A stretch of 64,000 bases of DNA from the human T2T-CHM13v2.0 reference genome, Homo sapiens. The stretch lies in the NCBI RefSeq assembly GCF_009914755.1, contig NC_060926.1; one strand, given 5' to 3'. Within the stretch, counting starts at the first letter, position 1; each line of letters opens with the position of its first letter. Both the position numbers and the translations under genes were made by a program. Under the pieces are notes generated by a model. That model had not been told where the DNA came from. It was given only the letters and a program-made list of their open reading frames with translations, and did not search any database. Below are positions 31,835 to 45,928 of the stretch, piece after piece.

Positions 31835-34122
31835 CTTGGCTTCCTCATTTTAGCCAAAGTGATCTTTCTACATTGATGTGGTCCCTATCCTTGAACATAA
31901 GGCATGAGATGGAGGGTGAGATTCAAAACCAAGGAGCATGTCACCAGGACTCATGCTCTGCATCCCTTTTTCCTTGTGTACTGAAGAACTGATATAACAA
32001 ACTAATCATACTGTTTAGGCCTGCCTTCTCCCTACCTCCAGCCCTCTCCAAAAATAATTAGAAGGGAAGTAAAAGAGAAAAGAACAGCAATGTAGAGAGA
32101 ATTCATTATTTCTGTTTTCTTTCTTAAATCAAATCTGAGAGAAGTGAAATGGGATTACACAGTAAATTTTAATGTTTCTGATGAAAATTAAATTTATTAA
32201 AAGATAATGAATTAAAATTTTATTTAATTTGCACATTACATTTGTATGAATAAAGCATGAGTTTTGCTATACTTTCAACTGAAATTTATTAACGAAAAAT
32301 TTTCAGAACACTATTCTTGCTTCTGTAATGCTGAAAAAGAGATTCTTGCACTGCATTTCAAAACATAAAAAGCCACCAAACTTGAAAGGCAGATGTGAAA
32401 CTAATATTTTTTAGTTTGATACAATATTAGAGAGGTTACCTGGAGTAAACTTTTGATAGATTTTGATAGCTAAAGAACCCAGAAAATTCTCAATCTTAGC
32501 CAATCCACACCTTCAAAGCCTGAAGTACCCAAGGGTACTAGACACACAGGAAAAATAGCAAAGGGCATTTCCAGTAATTCTTTGTCAGTTGCCTAACACC
32601 ATGCCAGGTCTATATGAGATGTTTGCAAAGAGAAAAGTCATTTTTCTTTGAAAAGAGACTGAGCTCCAAACTTCAATGTAGTCTTAATGCTGAGCTGAGC
32701 TGGATGGCATGTAGAAAAAAGAGACATTCCCAAAGTGGCAGATGAGTTTGATATTTAAACCAGAAACACATCATCTCCCTCTCACCCAACTCCTCCACCC
32801 TATTTCCAGTATATTTGTTTCATTCTATCATATTTTTAAAAATTTAATGAAAATATAACCTATGGATAAATCACAGCAAAGGAAAGATGTTCTCCAAGGT
32901 ATAGCACAGAGTCTTTCATTCCAATGGCGCCTAAAAAGCCCCTTCCCTATTTCTCTAGTGGGAGGCAACTCTAGGCTAATCTTAATGCAGGCACTGCATG
33001 GGAGAGAAGAGAGTGAGGGAGGAATCTCAAAAAGGAACCACCCTCATGAAAGCCTTTGTTAAGCTGGACTTTGCCAATTCATATTAACTTTCCTTGTTTG
33101 CTTTAGAGAGGTGGGAAGAATGAGAGGAAAGGGTTCTTGAGTTTACTGAGGGAAATGATACAAAAATACATAACATGTGGATAAATGCTCAACTATTCAA
33201 ATGTAAAGATTAAAATATGGGCCCCAAATGAAACCAGAAACAAAATTCTAACTCAACCACTACATAAAATTTAAAACTAATTAACTAAAGCAGTTGAAAA
33301 ATTTTGGAAAAAATATCAAGCAAATAAATCTAATAGGAAGAAGTAACAAATTCTTAAAGTAGACAGTGAAATCAAGGCACAAAAAGCATTAAAAACCACA
33401 GAAAGTCTTTTTCAGTAAATTAAAACACACAAATTTTAAAAATATTCTAATGTACTTTCTACACTTAGGTCAAGAAGAAATAGAAAATAGCATTAACGGG
33501 GTTTTAAAGCTTGTATTGCAATATTTGAAACATTAGAAAAAAATGAATATGTGGAAGATATCTGCAATATAATTTAAAGGCTCATTAGTTCAATTTATTT
33601 CAAAATTTGTACACTAAAGAAATGACACCTTCTTTTTCAGACCACATTGAACATTTGCACTCCTATTTCCTGTAGAAAAAATGAACCACAAATTCCAAAC
33701 AGTGAAAAGGCCTTTTTTGAACCTGCAATTAATATAAAAATAAATGAAAAATCACAATATAACAAACTAAAATCGGGAGGATATGGAGGAAGTGGAGAGG
33801 AAGTATGAGTGTTAATTTGCTCATAGTTTGTTGAAGAAAACCATTAGGTAATGCATAAAGATAGAAAACTGAGAAATAGGGTTAGATGTATTACTAAAAG
33901 TTACCAAAATCATCATCAGAACAACAAAACATGGGTAAAAAACCTTCCAAATTATCAGAAGAAACACCTGAACTACACATAAAATAAGTAAAATAGAAAC
34001 CAAATGTCAAGATATAGAAAACAAAGGGAGCTTTAAGAGACACATGGAGAGAAACGTAGAGCTTTAGGTATAACATAGAATGATGAACTAAGATGAAATA
34101 TCTATCTATATCTAAATATCTG

Positions 34123-34513
34123 AAGCCATGAGTTGCTGAATGATGGGGCACATTCTGACAAATGTGTCATTAGGTGATTTCTTTGTTCTATGGACATGAT
34201 AGAGTGTACTTATATAAACCTACATGACAGAGCCTACTACACACCTAGGCTATATGGTATAGCCTATTATTCCTAAGCTGCAAAGCTGTATAACACATTA
34301 CTGAACACCGTAGGCAATTGTAACACAATTGTAAATACTTGTGTATATAAACATATCTAAACACAGAAAAGGTAATATGTTGTGCTACAACATTACCATT
34401 GCTATGACATCACTAGGTAATAGGAAATTTTCACCTTCATTATAACCTTATGGGACCACCGTCATATATGTAAACCATTGTGGACTGAAATGCTGTTATG
34501 TAGTGCCTGGCTA
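34123..34513 (+). mobile_element. Tigger3-family DNA transposon derivative
   Basis: agcctactacacacctaggctatatggtatagcctatt and cttatgggaccaccgtcatatatg match recalled Tigger3. Confidence 0.88.
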
Positions 34514-34529
34514 TACAAATATGATTTGA

Positions 34530-34912
34530 TTCACTCCCAGAGTTCATCATTTAGCAGATCTGGGGTGGGCCCCAAGCAATGAATTTCTAACAATTTTCCA
34601 ATGAAGCTGGTTGTGCTGTGCCAAGAACATGTGAAGTGTTGAGACAGAGATACCTCTAGCTAGTATGAATGAAGGAAAAAAGAAAAAAAAGTAAACAAAA
34701 TCCTATTAGGTAAATAACCACAGACATGGAGGAAGGAGACATTAATTCAGTGGTTCTCAATCTTAATAGCCCATTTGAATCACAAAAACTGATACTCAGG
34801 CCCTATGTGCTGTTGGGTTGAATCAGAATATTTGAGGCTGGGCTCTAGGTATGGGCACTCTCTGAAAGCTCCCAAAATGATTTTGATACACAGTATAATT
34901 GAAAAGCATCAG
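34530..34912. mobile_element. MER5A fragment (about 34530-34640) and MER5B (about 34748-34912)
   Basis: gatctggggtgggccc..atttctaacaa; cagtggttctcaa terminus. Confidence 0.65.
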
Positions 34913-35284
34913 AATAATAGGGGATTAGTTGTATTCTATTACATCAATTTGGAAACTGGGATTTCAGTTGGAAAACTTTCCCATTTCTCAAGTCTAAATT
35001 TCAAACGAGAATTCCAGGCTATAGATGGAAGTATATTCCAGCATCTCTTCCTTTTTTTACTTGTTCCTTCTGGAGCAAGTTACATTTTTGAACAGAAAGT
35101 TTAGGAGAAAGAAATGAATATACTACACTTAGTTCTTCTTAGGCATTTTTCTCTTTCCTCTGACTGCTTGCAGATAGGGTGCTTTCTGATCCGTTTGCAT
35201 TTAAAGCAGTGAATGTTTTACCTGTGATAGGATGTCTGAGATCTTCAATTATGTCTGGGTCTGAAAGATAAATTTTTCAAAATC

Positions 35285-35516
35285 ACACATGTATTGAGAT
35301 ATAATTCACATACCACAAAATTCAACTTTTAAAATATAAAATTCAATAGTTTTTAGTATATTCAGAATTGTGCAACCATCAACACTATTTGGTTTTATAA
35401 TATGTTTATCATCCCAAAAAGAAAACTGGTGCTCTTACCTATAGCCCCCTGTCTTTTTCTGCCATAGGTAGCCAGTAATCTACCATCTGTCTTTATAGAT
35501 TTTAAAATTTTGAACA
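35285..35516 (-). mobile_element. L1MB 3' end fragment
   Basis: tattgagatataattcacataccacaaaattca antisense 3' end. Confidence 0.8.
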
Positions 35517-35689
35517 CTGAAAGATTAATTTGAACTCTGATGAATTATTAGAAAGTTCATTGTGTCCTCAACCACAGGCATTACCCATCCAGTTTCTACC
35601 TAATAAAAAATCTGATAACTTGACAGTCTGTCAGTCTCCTGGTAGTATAGGTCAATTAGTTACCAAATTAAGAAGAGATATTTATGTTT

Positions 35690-36500
35690 CCATAAAACTT
35701 TACCACTGGACCAAAGACATTCTTTCTCAGAAAAACTTACCCAAAATGACCACAAAAGTCATGAAAATATTAAAAAAATACATAAGAAAGTTAAAAAGAG
35801 CCGTCCTGATGCCAAAACAGAAACCATAAGGAGCAAGATTTATTTATTAGTCTATTACACAAATTGAATCTTCTGTGCCTCAAAAATAACCATAAGCCAA
35901 GTTACGTTGAATATACATTGTACATGTCCAGTAAAGAGTTGATTTAAATAAAAGGTTTATAAGTCAGTAAGAAAAAGACAGATATCACAATAGGAAAAAG
36001 GGCAAAGGATATGAACATCCAATTCAAGATGAATAAATTAAAAATAATTAACATAGGAAAAAATGTTTAACATGATTGTAAACAAAAGATGTAAATTTAG
36101 ACAGTGGGTTCTTTTTCACACGTAAGCAAAGACTGATGTATTTAGTGTTAGTAAATATGAAGGAAAATGGAAATATGTTGTGAGAATGAAGGTTATAACC
36201 TTTCAAAGAGGCGATTTGGTAACATATAACAACTAAAAAAATCACAGCAACTCTGTTTTAAATTTTAATCTTAGAAAATGTACAGATACATAAAATATTT
36301 TTCTAAGTATGTTAATTACAGCAAGATTTATAATAAGAAAATATGGAAAATGCTAAGCATGAAACAGGCATAATTGTTTAAATATATTGGAATATTTATG
36401 TGTTAATTATATGTTCTTATCCTTACTGATAAAAATCAATGAAATATTGAGAAAAGTGGGTTATAAAATTGCCTATAAAATTATCCCATTCTGATGAGTG
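35690..36500 (+). mobile_element. L1ME 3' remnant
   Basis: aaaaagggcaaaggatatgaaca and neighbouring L1 motifs. Confidence 0.6.
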
Positions 36501-36551
36501 AAAAATAGCAAAAATGATAACAAACCACAAAAAAATTTAAATTCCTGGTTA

Positions 36552-37075
36552 TGAATTAGACAGAATTAAAAACAAAAGTTAAGATCATCTCAACAGGTAC
36601 AGAAAAAACATTCAATAAAATCCAGCATCCCTTCATAATAAAAATCTTTACCACACTAGGAATAGAGGGCACATAGCTCAAAATAATAAAAGCCATATAT
36701 GAGAAACCCTCAGCCAACATGATACTGAATGGAAAAAAGTTGAAAGCTTTCTCCCTAAGAGCTGGAAGAAGACAAATATGACCACTGTTACCACTTTTAT
36801 TCAACATAGTACTTGTGGTCCTAGCTAGAACAATAAGAAAAGAGAAAGAAACAAAAGGCATTCAAACTAGAAAAGAGGAAGTCAAATTATCTCTGTTTGC
36901 TGATGATATGTACACCTAGAAAACCCTAAAGACTCCTTCAAAACACTTCTAGATTTGATAAATGACTTCAGTAAAGTTTCAGAATACAAAATCAACATAA
37001 AATTAGTAATATTTCTATTTACAAATACTGACTAATCTGACAGCCAAATCAAGAACTCAATTCTATTTATAATAA

Positions 37076-37122
<47 letters not shown>

Positions 37123-38788
37123 ACTTAGTAATACAGTTAACCAAGGAGGTGAAGGAATTCTACAAGGAGAACTACAAAACACTGTTGAAAGAAATCATAG
37201 ATGAAACAAATGGGAAAAACATCCCATGCTCATGGATTGGGAGAATCAATATCATTAAAATGAATATACTGCCCAAAGCTATCTACAGATACAATGCAAT
37301 TTCTATTAACTATCAACATAATTCTTCACAGAATTAGAAAAAAAAACCCTAGAGATAATATGGAACCTAAAAAGAGCCCAAATAGCCAAAGCAATCCTAA
37401 GCAAAAAGAATAAATCTGGAGGTCTCACATTACCTGACTTCAAATTATACTATAAGGCTATAATAAGCAAAACAACATGGTAGTGGTGTGAAAATTGACA
37501 CATAGATTAATACAACAGAATAGAGAACCCAGAAATAAAGCCTCATACCTAAAACTAAATAACCTTTGACAAAATTGATAAAAATATACACTGGGGAAAG
37601 GATAACATGTTCAATAAATGGTGCTGGTATTATTGGAGACCCATATGCAGAGGAATGAAACTGGACCCCTATTCTCACTATCTACAAAAATTAACTCTAG
37701 ATGGATTAAAGACTTAAATGTAAAACCTTAAACCATAAAAGTCCTAGAAGAAAATGTATGAAAAAACCCTGAGGGACATTGGGCTAGGCAAAGAATTTAT
37801 AATTAAATCCTCAAAAGGAAATGCAATAAAAACAAAAATAGACAAATAAGACTTAATTAAATTAAAAATATTATGCAGAGCAAAAAATTAATGGAGTAAA
37901 CAACCTACAGTATTGGAGAAACTGTTTGCAAAATGATGCCTCCAACAAAGAACTAATATCCAGATTTTATAAGGAACTCATATAACTCAACAAGAGAAAA
38001 CCCCATTAAAAAATGAACAAATAACATGAACAGACATTTTTCAAAAGAAGATATACAAACAGCCAACAAACATAAAAAATGTTTAACATCACTAATCATC
38101 AGAGAAATGCAAATTAACACTACAATGAGATACCATTTTACCACAGTCAGAATGGGTATTTTTAAAAAGTAAAAACAAAAACAGATATTGGTGTGGATGC
38201 TGAGAAAAGAAAACTCTTATACACTGTTTGTGGAAATATAAATTAGTACGACCTCTATGGAAAAGAATACGGGGATTTCTCAGAGAACAAAAAATGGAAC
38301 TACCCTTCTATCTAGCAATTTCACTCTGGGATATCTACTAAGGGAAAATAAATCATTACATTAAAAATGCACCTGTACTTGTATGTTTATTGCAGCACTA
38401 TTCATACATAGCAAAGTCATGGAAAATCTGTGTCCATCAATGATGATAAAAATGTGGTGTATATGTGTGTGTGTGTGTGTGTGTGTATCCTTATCCTTAG
38501 TGAAATTAAGAGACAGATAATCAAAACCCACAAGTTCTTTTAAGTAGGAGCTAAACAATGGGTGCACATGGCCATACAGAGTGGAGTAATAGACACTGGA
38601 GATTCCAAATGGTGGGAGTGGGTGGGAGGGGGTGAGGGATGAACTACCACCTATTCGGTACAATGTATACTGCTCAGGTGATGGGTCCACTAAAAGCCCA
38701 CAGGTCACGACTATGCATATATTCTTGTAAGACAACTGTACTTGTACCCCTTAAATAAAAAAATTAATTTCAAAATAAATAATAAAAA
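36552..38788 (+). mobile_element. 5'-truncated L1PB element with internal (CA)n at 37078-37120 and (TG)n at 38464-38486
   Basis: Sense ORF2 (LFADDM); L1PB-type 3' end actaaaagccca..cttgtaccccttaaat. Confidence 0.9.
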
Positions 38789-38900
38789 GGAGAAAACAAA
38801 TTTTCTCTGGTAGTATTTGGACAATGTGCTCACCTATGTAAGGTTTCTCTTCTTCCCATGTTTCTAACCAGTGCTAAATGTTTTTGACATGACCAAGTAA

Positions 38901-39209
<309 letters not shown>

Positions 39210-39302
39210 GACTAACTAACACTTCCTGAGATAAACACCCAGTTCAATTACATCATTATAAATATATTTAAGAAACTATTATGAGTGCCTAAAGGCTTAT
39301 AT

Positions 39303-39595
39303 CAGGAGTTGCAAAACCTTAATTCATAATGTGGCCAGAGAGATAACAGAGGTGGTGATAGAAGCCCAGTGGAGACTGTAGCAAACTGCCCTTTCCAAAG
39401 ACAACTAATCAAATTCAGAGCACTGTTGCTATGCTTATTGTGTCTCGCTCTTTGATATTTTAATAGCAGCCAGAAATCTCAATATCTATGTGAATCTCCT
39501 AATTTTTCTATTTTAGAAACTATTTAAGTATTAAATAAATCACATGTGGAACAAGCAAACACATGAAATGTATTTGGGGGTTAGCCTCTCCTGGC
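39303..39595. mobile_element. MER102-like hAT element
   Basis: gttgcaaaac terminus; gcagccagaaatctcaatatctatgtgaatctcctaattttt resembles MER102. Confidence 0.6.
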
Positions 39596-41192
39596 TTAGA
39601 TCAGAGGAAATAAAAACATCCTCTTCACTCTCCAATTCTTTCTCTCCAGAGTTTAGAAGGGAACTACTAATCATTGCAAAGAAGCTATAATTTGGCAACA
39701 TTAGAGAAAGATCAACATTTCCCTGGGCAAGTTATTAAGAGATTTATGGTGTAGAGGACCTTAACATGCTTTACTGGGAGAAACGGGAACAAGGAGGATA
39801 AATGAATGAGAACCAAAGGCACAGATATGTAATCTGTATTTGGAAAATGTTGCTTGACCTCATAGATTTTTTTCTCCTCGATGCCAATACTACCTCTACC
39901 CCTACTTCTTGCAGTTGTGACCAGCTGTCTGCAATACGTTTTATCCATGTCATTTAATGAACATAGCTTGATAGTGTTAGAAAAACTGCACTCTGCTAAG
40001 ATGCTACATCATATCATTTGAATTGATGAATAAAATGAGAATTCATTATCTTCAAGGCATTGAAATGCAGGCTTGGTTACTCAGCTTCACATAACTTTAG
40101 GGGAAATTTTGCAGCCCAACCTTACTTTTGTATGTTAGACTTCTTTAGAGAATGATAAGCAAAAATCATAGTACATGTATGCATAAATCTGTCAAAAGTA
40201 AGCAAAGTGCAATACCTATAGAACCCCACAGATTTGTCAAAAGTGAGAATAAATGTATTGGGGAGGTATGCATTACACTGAGTGCCTCTTTTATTACATT
40301 CTAGTCTTAAACCATTCCTAAACTTGTAGGCAGATGGTGATGGGTAATTAAAATGCTAGCAAAATTATGGAAGGTGAAAGTAACTTATATGTCTCTGTAA
40401 TGACAGACATGAAAAAAATATGCACACAGTTTGCAATGAAATGATGCAAAGATGAGGACTAAAATAAAATATGTAGCTGGGTAAGATAACATCCATCAAG
40501 GTGTTCTCTTTTCCATTGTGTTTCACTTGAGAAAGACACTGATTTATACCTGAGGACTTAGAAGAAGCGATGCAAAACTTTTCAAAGAAAAATGGATACA
40601 TATATTTCTGGATATTATACGAGCAGCTTGAAAACATAACTTTTGATTGATTGTGTTTTTATTACTGAGGATAAAAGGTGACAGCCATCAAAATTTAAGG
40701 TAAATAATTACCATAACTTTTAGTGCAAATTCATTAATGCCAACTTGGGAAATTACACTATTAACTCCCATAAACTAGATTAAATGTTAAAAAGGGAGAA
40801 ATGAGATACAAGCTTTGCTTTCCATTTAATATTTATTCCTTGCTATATTATTTTATTTAAAATTATTTTTAAGGTAACATATTTTAATGATAAGTATTGA
40901 AGACTAGAAAAGCCACAGGAAATTAAAATCATCTGTAATCAGAATAATCATAGTTAATTATCTGAATTGTTATAAATTCCAAATGGAATTGTAATACTAT
41001 ATACTGATTTTTAACTCATTTTCTATTTTCTTTAATTTTTATACAACCATTTAGAATTGTCCCTTATTATTCTATTGTGTGAATGCTGCATGGTTAAGTG
41101 AATGGCGGCTTCCAATTGTTGATATAATCGAATTATTTTAAAATTAAAATTTAACTACTTTAACCCTATAGCAAAATACCAGAAATGATAAT

Positions 41193-41263
41193 TGATATGG
41201 GAGGGGGGCAATGAAGTGCTGGGAAGAGAAAGGTGTGGCTAGGGCTCTATCCCTGGGCCTGTG
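41193..41263 (+). mobile_element. 5' tip of an ERV1 LTR (LTR1/MER52/LTR27-28 group)
   Basis: tgatatgggaggggggca..gaagtgctgggaag..gctagggctc..gggcctgtg. Confidence 0.65.
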
Positions 41264-41418
41264 TCTCTTTCTGCCATATGACATTAAAACCCAGTACTAT
41301 GAGTGCTCACCTGATTTTTAGTTCTTATGAAGGTGTTTTTTCTGTGCAAATACTTGTCAATTTGGTGTACTTGCAGGGAGTACAATCAGTGGAGCTTTCT
41401 ATTCTACCATCTTGCTCC
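41261..41418 (-). mobile_element. Extreme 5' end of an L1M1/L1MA-type element, inverted
   Basis: Minus strand reads ggagcaagatggtagaatagaaagctccac..accttcataagaactaaaaatcaggtgagcactc. Confidence 0.8.
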
Positions 41419-41782
41419 TGAAAATCAGCAGAATTTAAAATTGTATTAGGAATTGGGGAAAAATTATGAATGGGTAAGAATAATTAATGAATAGAAAATA
41501 AATGGCAAAAAATGTTCAGCTTCAATATTAATCAGATAAATTCATATTAAATTAACAGACATATGTCTTAAAGTTCAAGTGACGAACATTAGAATAGTTA
41601 AAGTTAATGAGGACATGAAGGACTAAGTATTATCCAACACTGGAGATGAAAGTTTAAACTAGCTCAGACTTTATAGGGGATAATTATGCCTTATGTATCA
41701 AAAATCATAATAGCATACAGATCTTTTAACCAAGAAGCCCAAATTTTACTTCTTACACTATTCTAAAAATATACTTTCATAT

Positions 41783-42161
41783 TGAAATGGGAAAAATTCC
41801 CTTATTCGCCTCACAGGGCATGCGATGGGGGTGTGGCTCACTTCTTCAGTTCCCCACTGTTCAAACCTCTAGGGGGAACATCCAGAGGGTGGGTTGTGGG
41901 GCTCTGACCCCATGGCAGTGTCTAGGGGTGAATGCTTACAGCTCCTGAAGCCTCAGTGGGCGTGTGTAACAGGGTGCTCTTTTAGTTATCCATCTGTAGG
42001 CGATTTGTATTAGTCAGCTCAATTAGACCCCCTGCCTTATCTCAAGGACAGAGGGCTTTCTGTATTCCAGGGTTTCTTGCCTTGGTGTACTGGAAGAATC
42101 CAATCACACATGGGCTTGGAGAATGACTGAAAGGTTTTATTGAGTGGAAGTAGCTCTCAGC
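41783..42161 (-). mobile_element. 3' part of an ERV1 LTR (same group as 41193), inverted
   Basis: Minus strand has AATAAA and ends ..cccatttCA; GC-rich LTR sequence. Confidence 0.8.
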
Positions 42162-44942
42162 TCCAGTTCATCTGGCAGCAGACTTCTCAGTGGAAATGTT
42201 ACAGACCAGAAGAGAGTGGCATGACATATTTAACGTTCTGAAAAAAAATGACTTTCACCCTATAATAGTATATCTGGCAAAAATATTCTTCACACATGAA
42301 GGAGAAATAAAATTTTCCCAAACAAAAGCTGAGGATTTCATTAACACTAAACCCATCCAACAAGAAGTGCTAAAAGGAGTAATTTAATCAGAAAGAAAAG
42401 GATATTAATGAGCAATAAGTAATCAACTGAAGTTACAAAACTTATTGAAAAACACAGACTATTATAACACTGTAACTCTGCTGTGTAAACTACTCTACCC
42501 TAAGTTGAAAGACTAAACAATTAACCAATCAAAAATAACTACAACTTTTTCAGATATATTCAGTACAATAAGATAAATAAAAACAACAAAATATTTAAAA
42601 AGCATGGGGACTAAGTTAAGGTGTGGAGTTTTTAATTAGTATTTTTTGTGCTAGCTTGTTTATGCAAATAGTTTTGTCATCAGGTTAAAATAATGGGTTA
42701 TAAGATAGTATTTTCAAGCCTCATGGTAGCCTCAGACCAAAAAACATACAATGGATACACACACACACAAAAGCAAGAAACTATATCACATTACCAGAGA
42801 AAATCATCGTCACTAGAGGAAGACAGGAATGAAAGAAAGAAGGAAGACAAGACCACAAAACAACCAAAAGAATGGGAGGGGTAAGTCCTTACTCATCAAT
42901 AACAACATTGAATATAAATGGACTAAACTTTCCAATCAAAATACATAGAAAGGCTGAATGGCTGAAAAAACAAGACCCATTGATCTGTTGCCTACAAGAA
43001 ATACACTTCCCTGTGAAGACACACATAGACTAAAACTAAAGGGATGGAAAAAGATATTTCATGCCAATGGAAACCAAAAAAGACCAGGAGTCACTATACT
43101 TATGTTACACAAAATATGTAGATTTCAAGACAAAAACTATAAGAAGAGACAAAGAGAGTCACTACATGATATGATTTGGCTCTGTGTCTCCACCCAAATC
43201 TCATGTTGAACTGTAATCTCCTATGTCGGTGGTGGGGGGCCTGCTGGGAGATGATTGGATCATGAGGGTGGATTTCCCCCTTGCTGTTCTCATGATAGTG
43301 AGTGAACTCTCATGAGATCTGATGGTTTAAAAGTGGCACTTTCCCCTTTACTGTCTCTCTCTCTCTCCTGCCACCATGTAAGACATGCCTTGCTTCCCTT
43401 TTGCCTTCTGCTGTGATTTTAAGTTTCTTGAGGCCTCCCCAGCTATGTAGAATGGCGAGACAATTAAACCTCTTTTCTTTATAAATTACCCAGTCTCAGG
43501 TAGTATCTGTATAGCAATGTGAAAATGGACTAATACACTTTATAATAATAAAGGGGTCAATTCAGCAAGAGGATATAATGATAGTAAATATATATGCACC
43601 CAACGATAGAGCACCCAGACATATGAAGAAAATATGGCAGCTAAAATGAGAGATAGACCCCAATACAATAAAATCTGGAGACTTCACCCAACTTTTGGCA
43701 TCAGCCTGATCTTCCAGACAGAAAATCAAAAAAGAAGCATCATACTTGCTCTGCACTCTAGACAAAAGGGATCTATTAGACATTTACAGACCACTTCATC
43801 CAAGAGCTGCAGAATACACATTAATTTCTTCAGCACATGGGTAATTCTCAAGGACAGACCAGATTTTAGGTCACAGAAAAAGTCTTCAAACACTCAAAAT
43901 AACTGAAATTATTTCAGACATCTTCTCTGACCACAATGGAATAAAACTAGAAATTAACAACAAGAAGAATTTTGGAAACTGTACAAATTAAACAATATAC
44001 TCCTGAATGACCAGCGAGTCAATGAAGAAATTAAGAGGAAAATTGAAAAATTTCTTGAAGCAAATGATAATGGAAACACAATATATCAAAACCTATGGGA
44101 TACAGCAAATGCAGTGCTAAAATGGAAGTTTATAGCTGTACAAGTGCCTACATCAAAAAAGAGAAAAAACTTCAAATAAAAAAAACTAATGATGTATCTT
44201 AAAGACCTAAAAAAACAAGAGCAAAACAAACCCAAAATTAATAGAAGAAAAAAATAAATATCAGAGCAGTAATAAACAAAATTGAAATGAATAAAATACA
44301 AAAGATCAATGAAACAAAAAGTTGGGTTTTTTTGAAAGGTTAAACAAAATTGATAAACCTTTAGCCACAGTAACTAAGAAAAAAAGAGAGATGATCCAAA
44401 TAAAGTCAGAAATGAAAAAGGAGACATTAAAAGCTGATACTGTAGAAATTCTAAGGATCATTAATGGCTGATATGAGCAACTATATGTCAATACATTGGA
44501 AAATGTAAAAGAAATGGACAAATTCCTAGGTATCAAGAATGAACCAGGAAGAAATCCAAAACCTGAACAGACCAATCAAGACACAGACCTAACAAAAACA
44601 TAAAAAATAATGACATTGAAGCTATAATAAAAAAGTCATGAGATGAAGCCATCTCCCAATAAAGAAAAGCCTGGGGCCTGATGACTTTCCTGCTGTATCA
44701 TACCAAATATTGAAAGAACTAATACCAGTCTTACTCAAACTATTCTGAAAAATACAGGAGGAAGGAATACTTCCAAACTCATACTACAAGGTAAGTAGTA
44801 CCCTGATATCAAAACCAGACAAAGACACACCAAGAAAAGAATACTGCAGGCCAGTGTCTCTGATGATATTGATACAAAAATCCTCAACAAAATACCAGCA
44901 AACTGAATTCAAGAATACATTAGAAAGATCATTTATCATGAC
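42159..44942 (+). mobile_element. L1M1/L1MA segment: ORF1 C-terminus, inter-ORF region, ORF2 endonuclease to RT
   Basis: Peptides LQTRREWHDIFNVLK and THRLKLKGWKKIFHANGNQKRPGV. Confidence 0.9.
43167..43537 (+). mobile_element. MaLR solo LTR (THE1D/MSTA-like) nested in L1
   Basis: tgatatg...ctaataca termini; degenerate TSD ctaca/cttta. Confidence 0.92.
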
Positions 44943-44948
44943 TCCATG

Positions 44949-45017
44949 GTATAATTGAAGTCAGGTAATGTGATTCCTTTAATTTTTTGCTCTTTTTGCT
45001 TAGGGTAGCTTTGACAT

Positions 45018-45056
<39 letters not shown>

Positions 45057-45927
45057 TGTGTGTGGTTCCACATGAATTTTTGGATCTATTTTTGTGAAGA
45101 ATGTCATTTGTATTTTGATAAAGATTTCATTGAATCCATCTGTAGATTGCTTTGAATATTATGGGCATGTTAACTATATTGATATTTCCAATGCATGAAC
45201 ATGGAATATCTTTTCATTTTTTGGTGTGCAATTCATTTCTTTCATTGGTCTTTTATAGTTTTTATTATAGAGATCTTTCATTTCTTTGGTTAATTCTTAG
45301 ATATTTAATTTTATTTTTTGCTATTGTAAATGGGAATTTTAATTTTTTTTCAAATTGTTAGTGGTTTGCATATAGAAATGCTACTGGTTTTTGTGTGTTG
45401 ATTTTTGTATCCTGCAACTTTACTGAATTTATTTACCAGTTCTAATAGTTTTCTTGTGGAGTCTTTAAGTTTTTCCAAATATAAGGTCATATTATCTGCA
45501 AACAAGGATAATTTGACTTCTTTCTTTCCAGTTTCAGTGCTCTTTATATCTTTCTCTTGTCTGATTGCTTCAGCTAGGACTTCCAGTACTATTTTGAATA
45601 ACAGTGGTGACAGTGGACACCTCTGTCGTGTTCCAGATCTTAGAGAAAAAGCTTTCAGTATTTTTTCCCCATTCAGTTTTATCTTAGCTGTAAGTCTGTA
45701 ATATATGGCTTTTATTATATCTAGGTATGTTCCTTCTACACCCAGTTCTTTGAGAGTTTTTATTATTAAGGGATGCTTATTTTTGTCCAATGCTTTTTCA
45801 GCATCAGTTGAAATGATCACATGGTTTTTGTCTTTTATTCTGTTGATACGACGTATTGCATTATTGATTTGCATATGTTTAATCATTCTTTCATTCCAGA
45901 GGTAATTCCTACTCAGTCATGATGAAT
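44949..45927 (-). mobile_element. Inverted L1 ORF2 RT segment, with (TG)n at about 45018-45063
   Basis: ORF 45350..45886(-) contains [14 protein letters not shown] and LFADNM. Confidence 0.9.
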
Positions 45928-45928
45928 C

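Noticed and set aside
36520-38815. TSD for the L1PB element
   Set aside because: Flank similarity is too weak to call.
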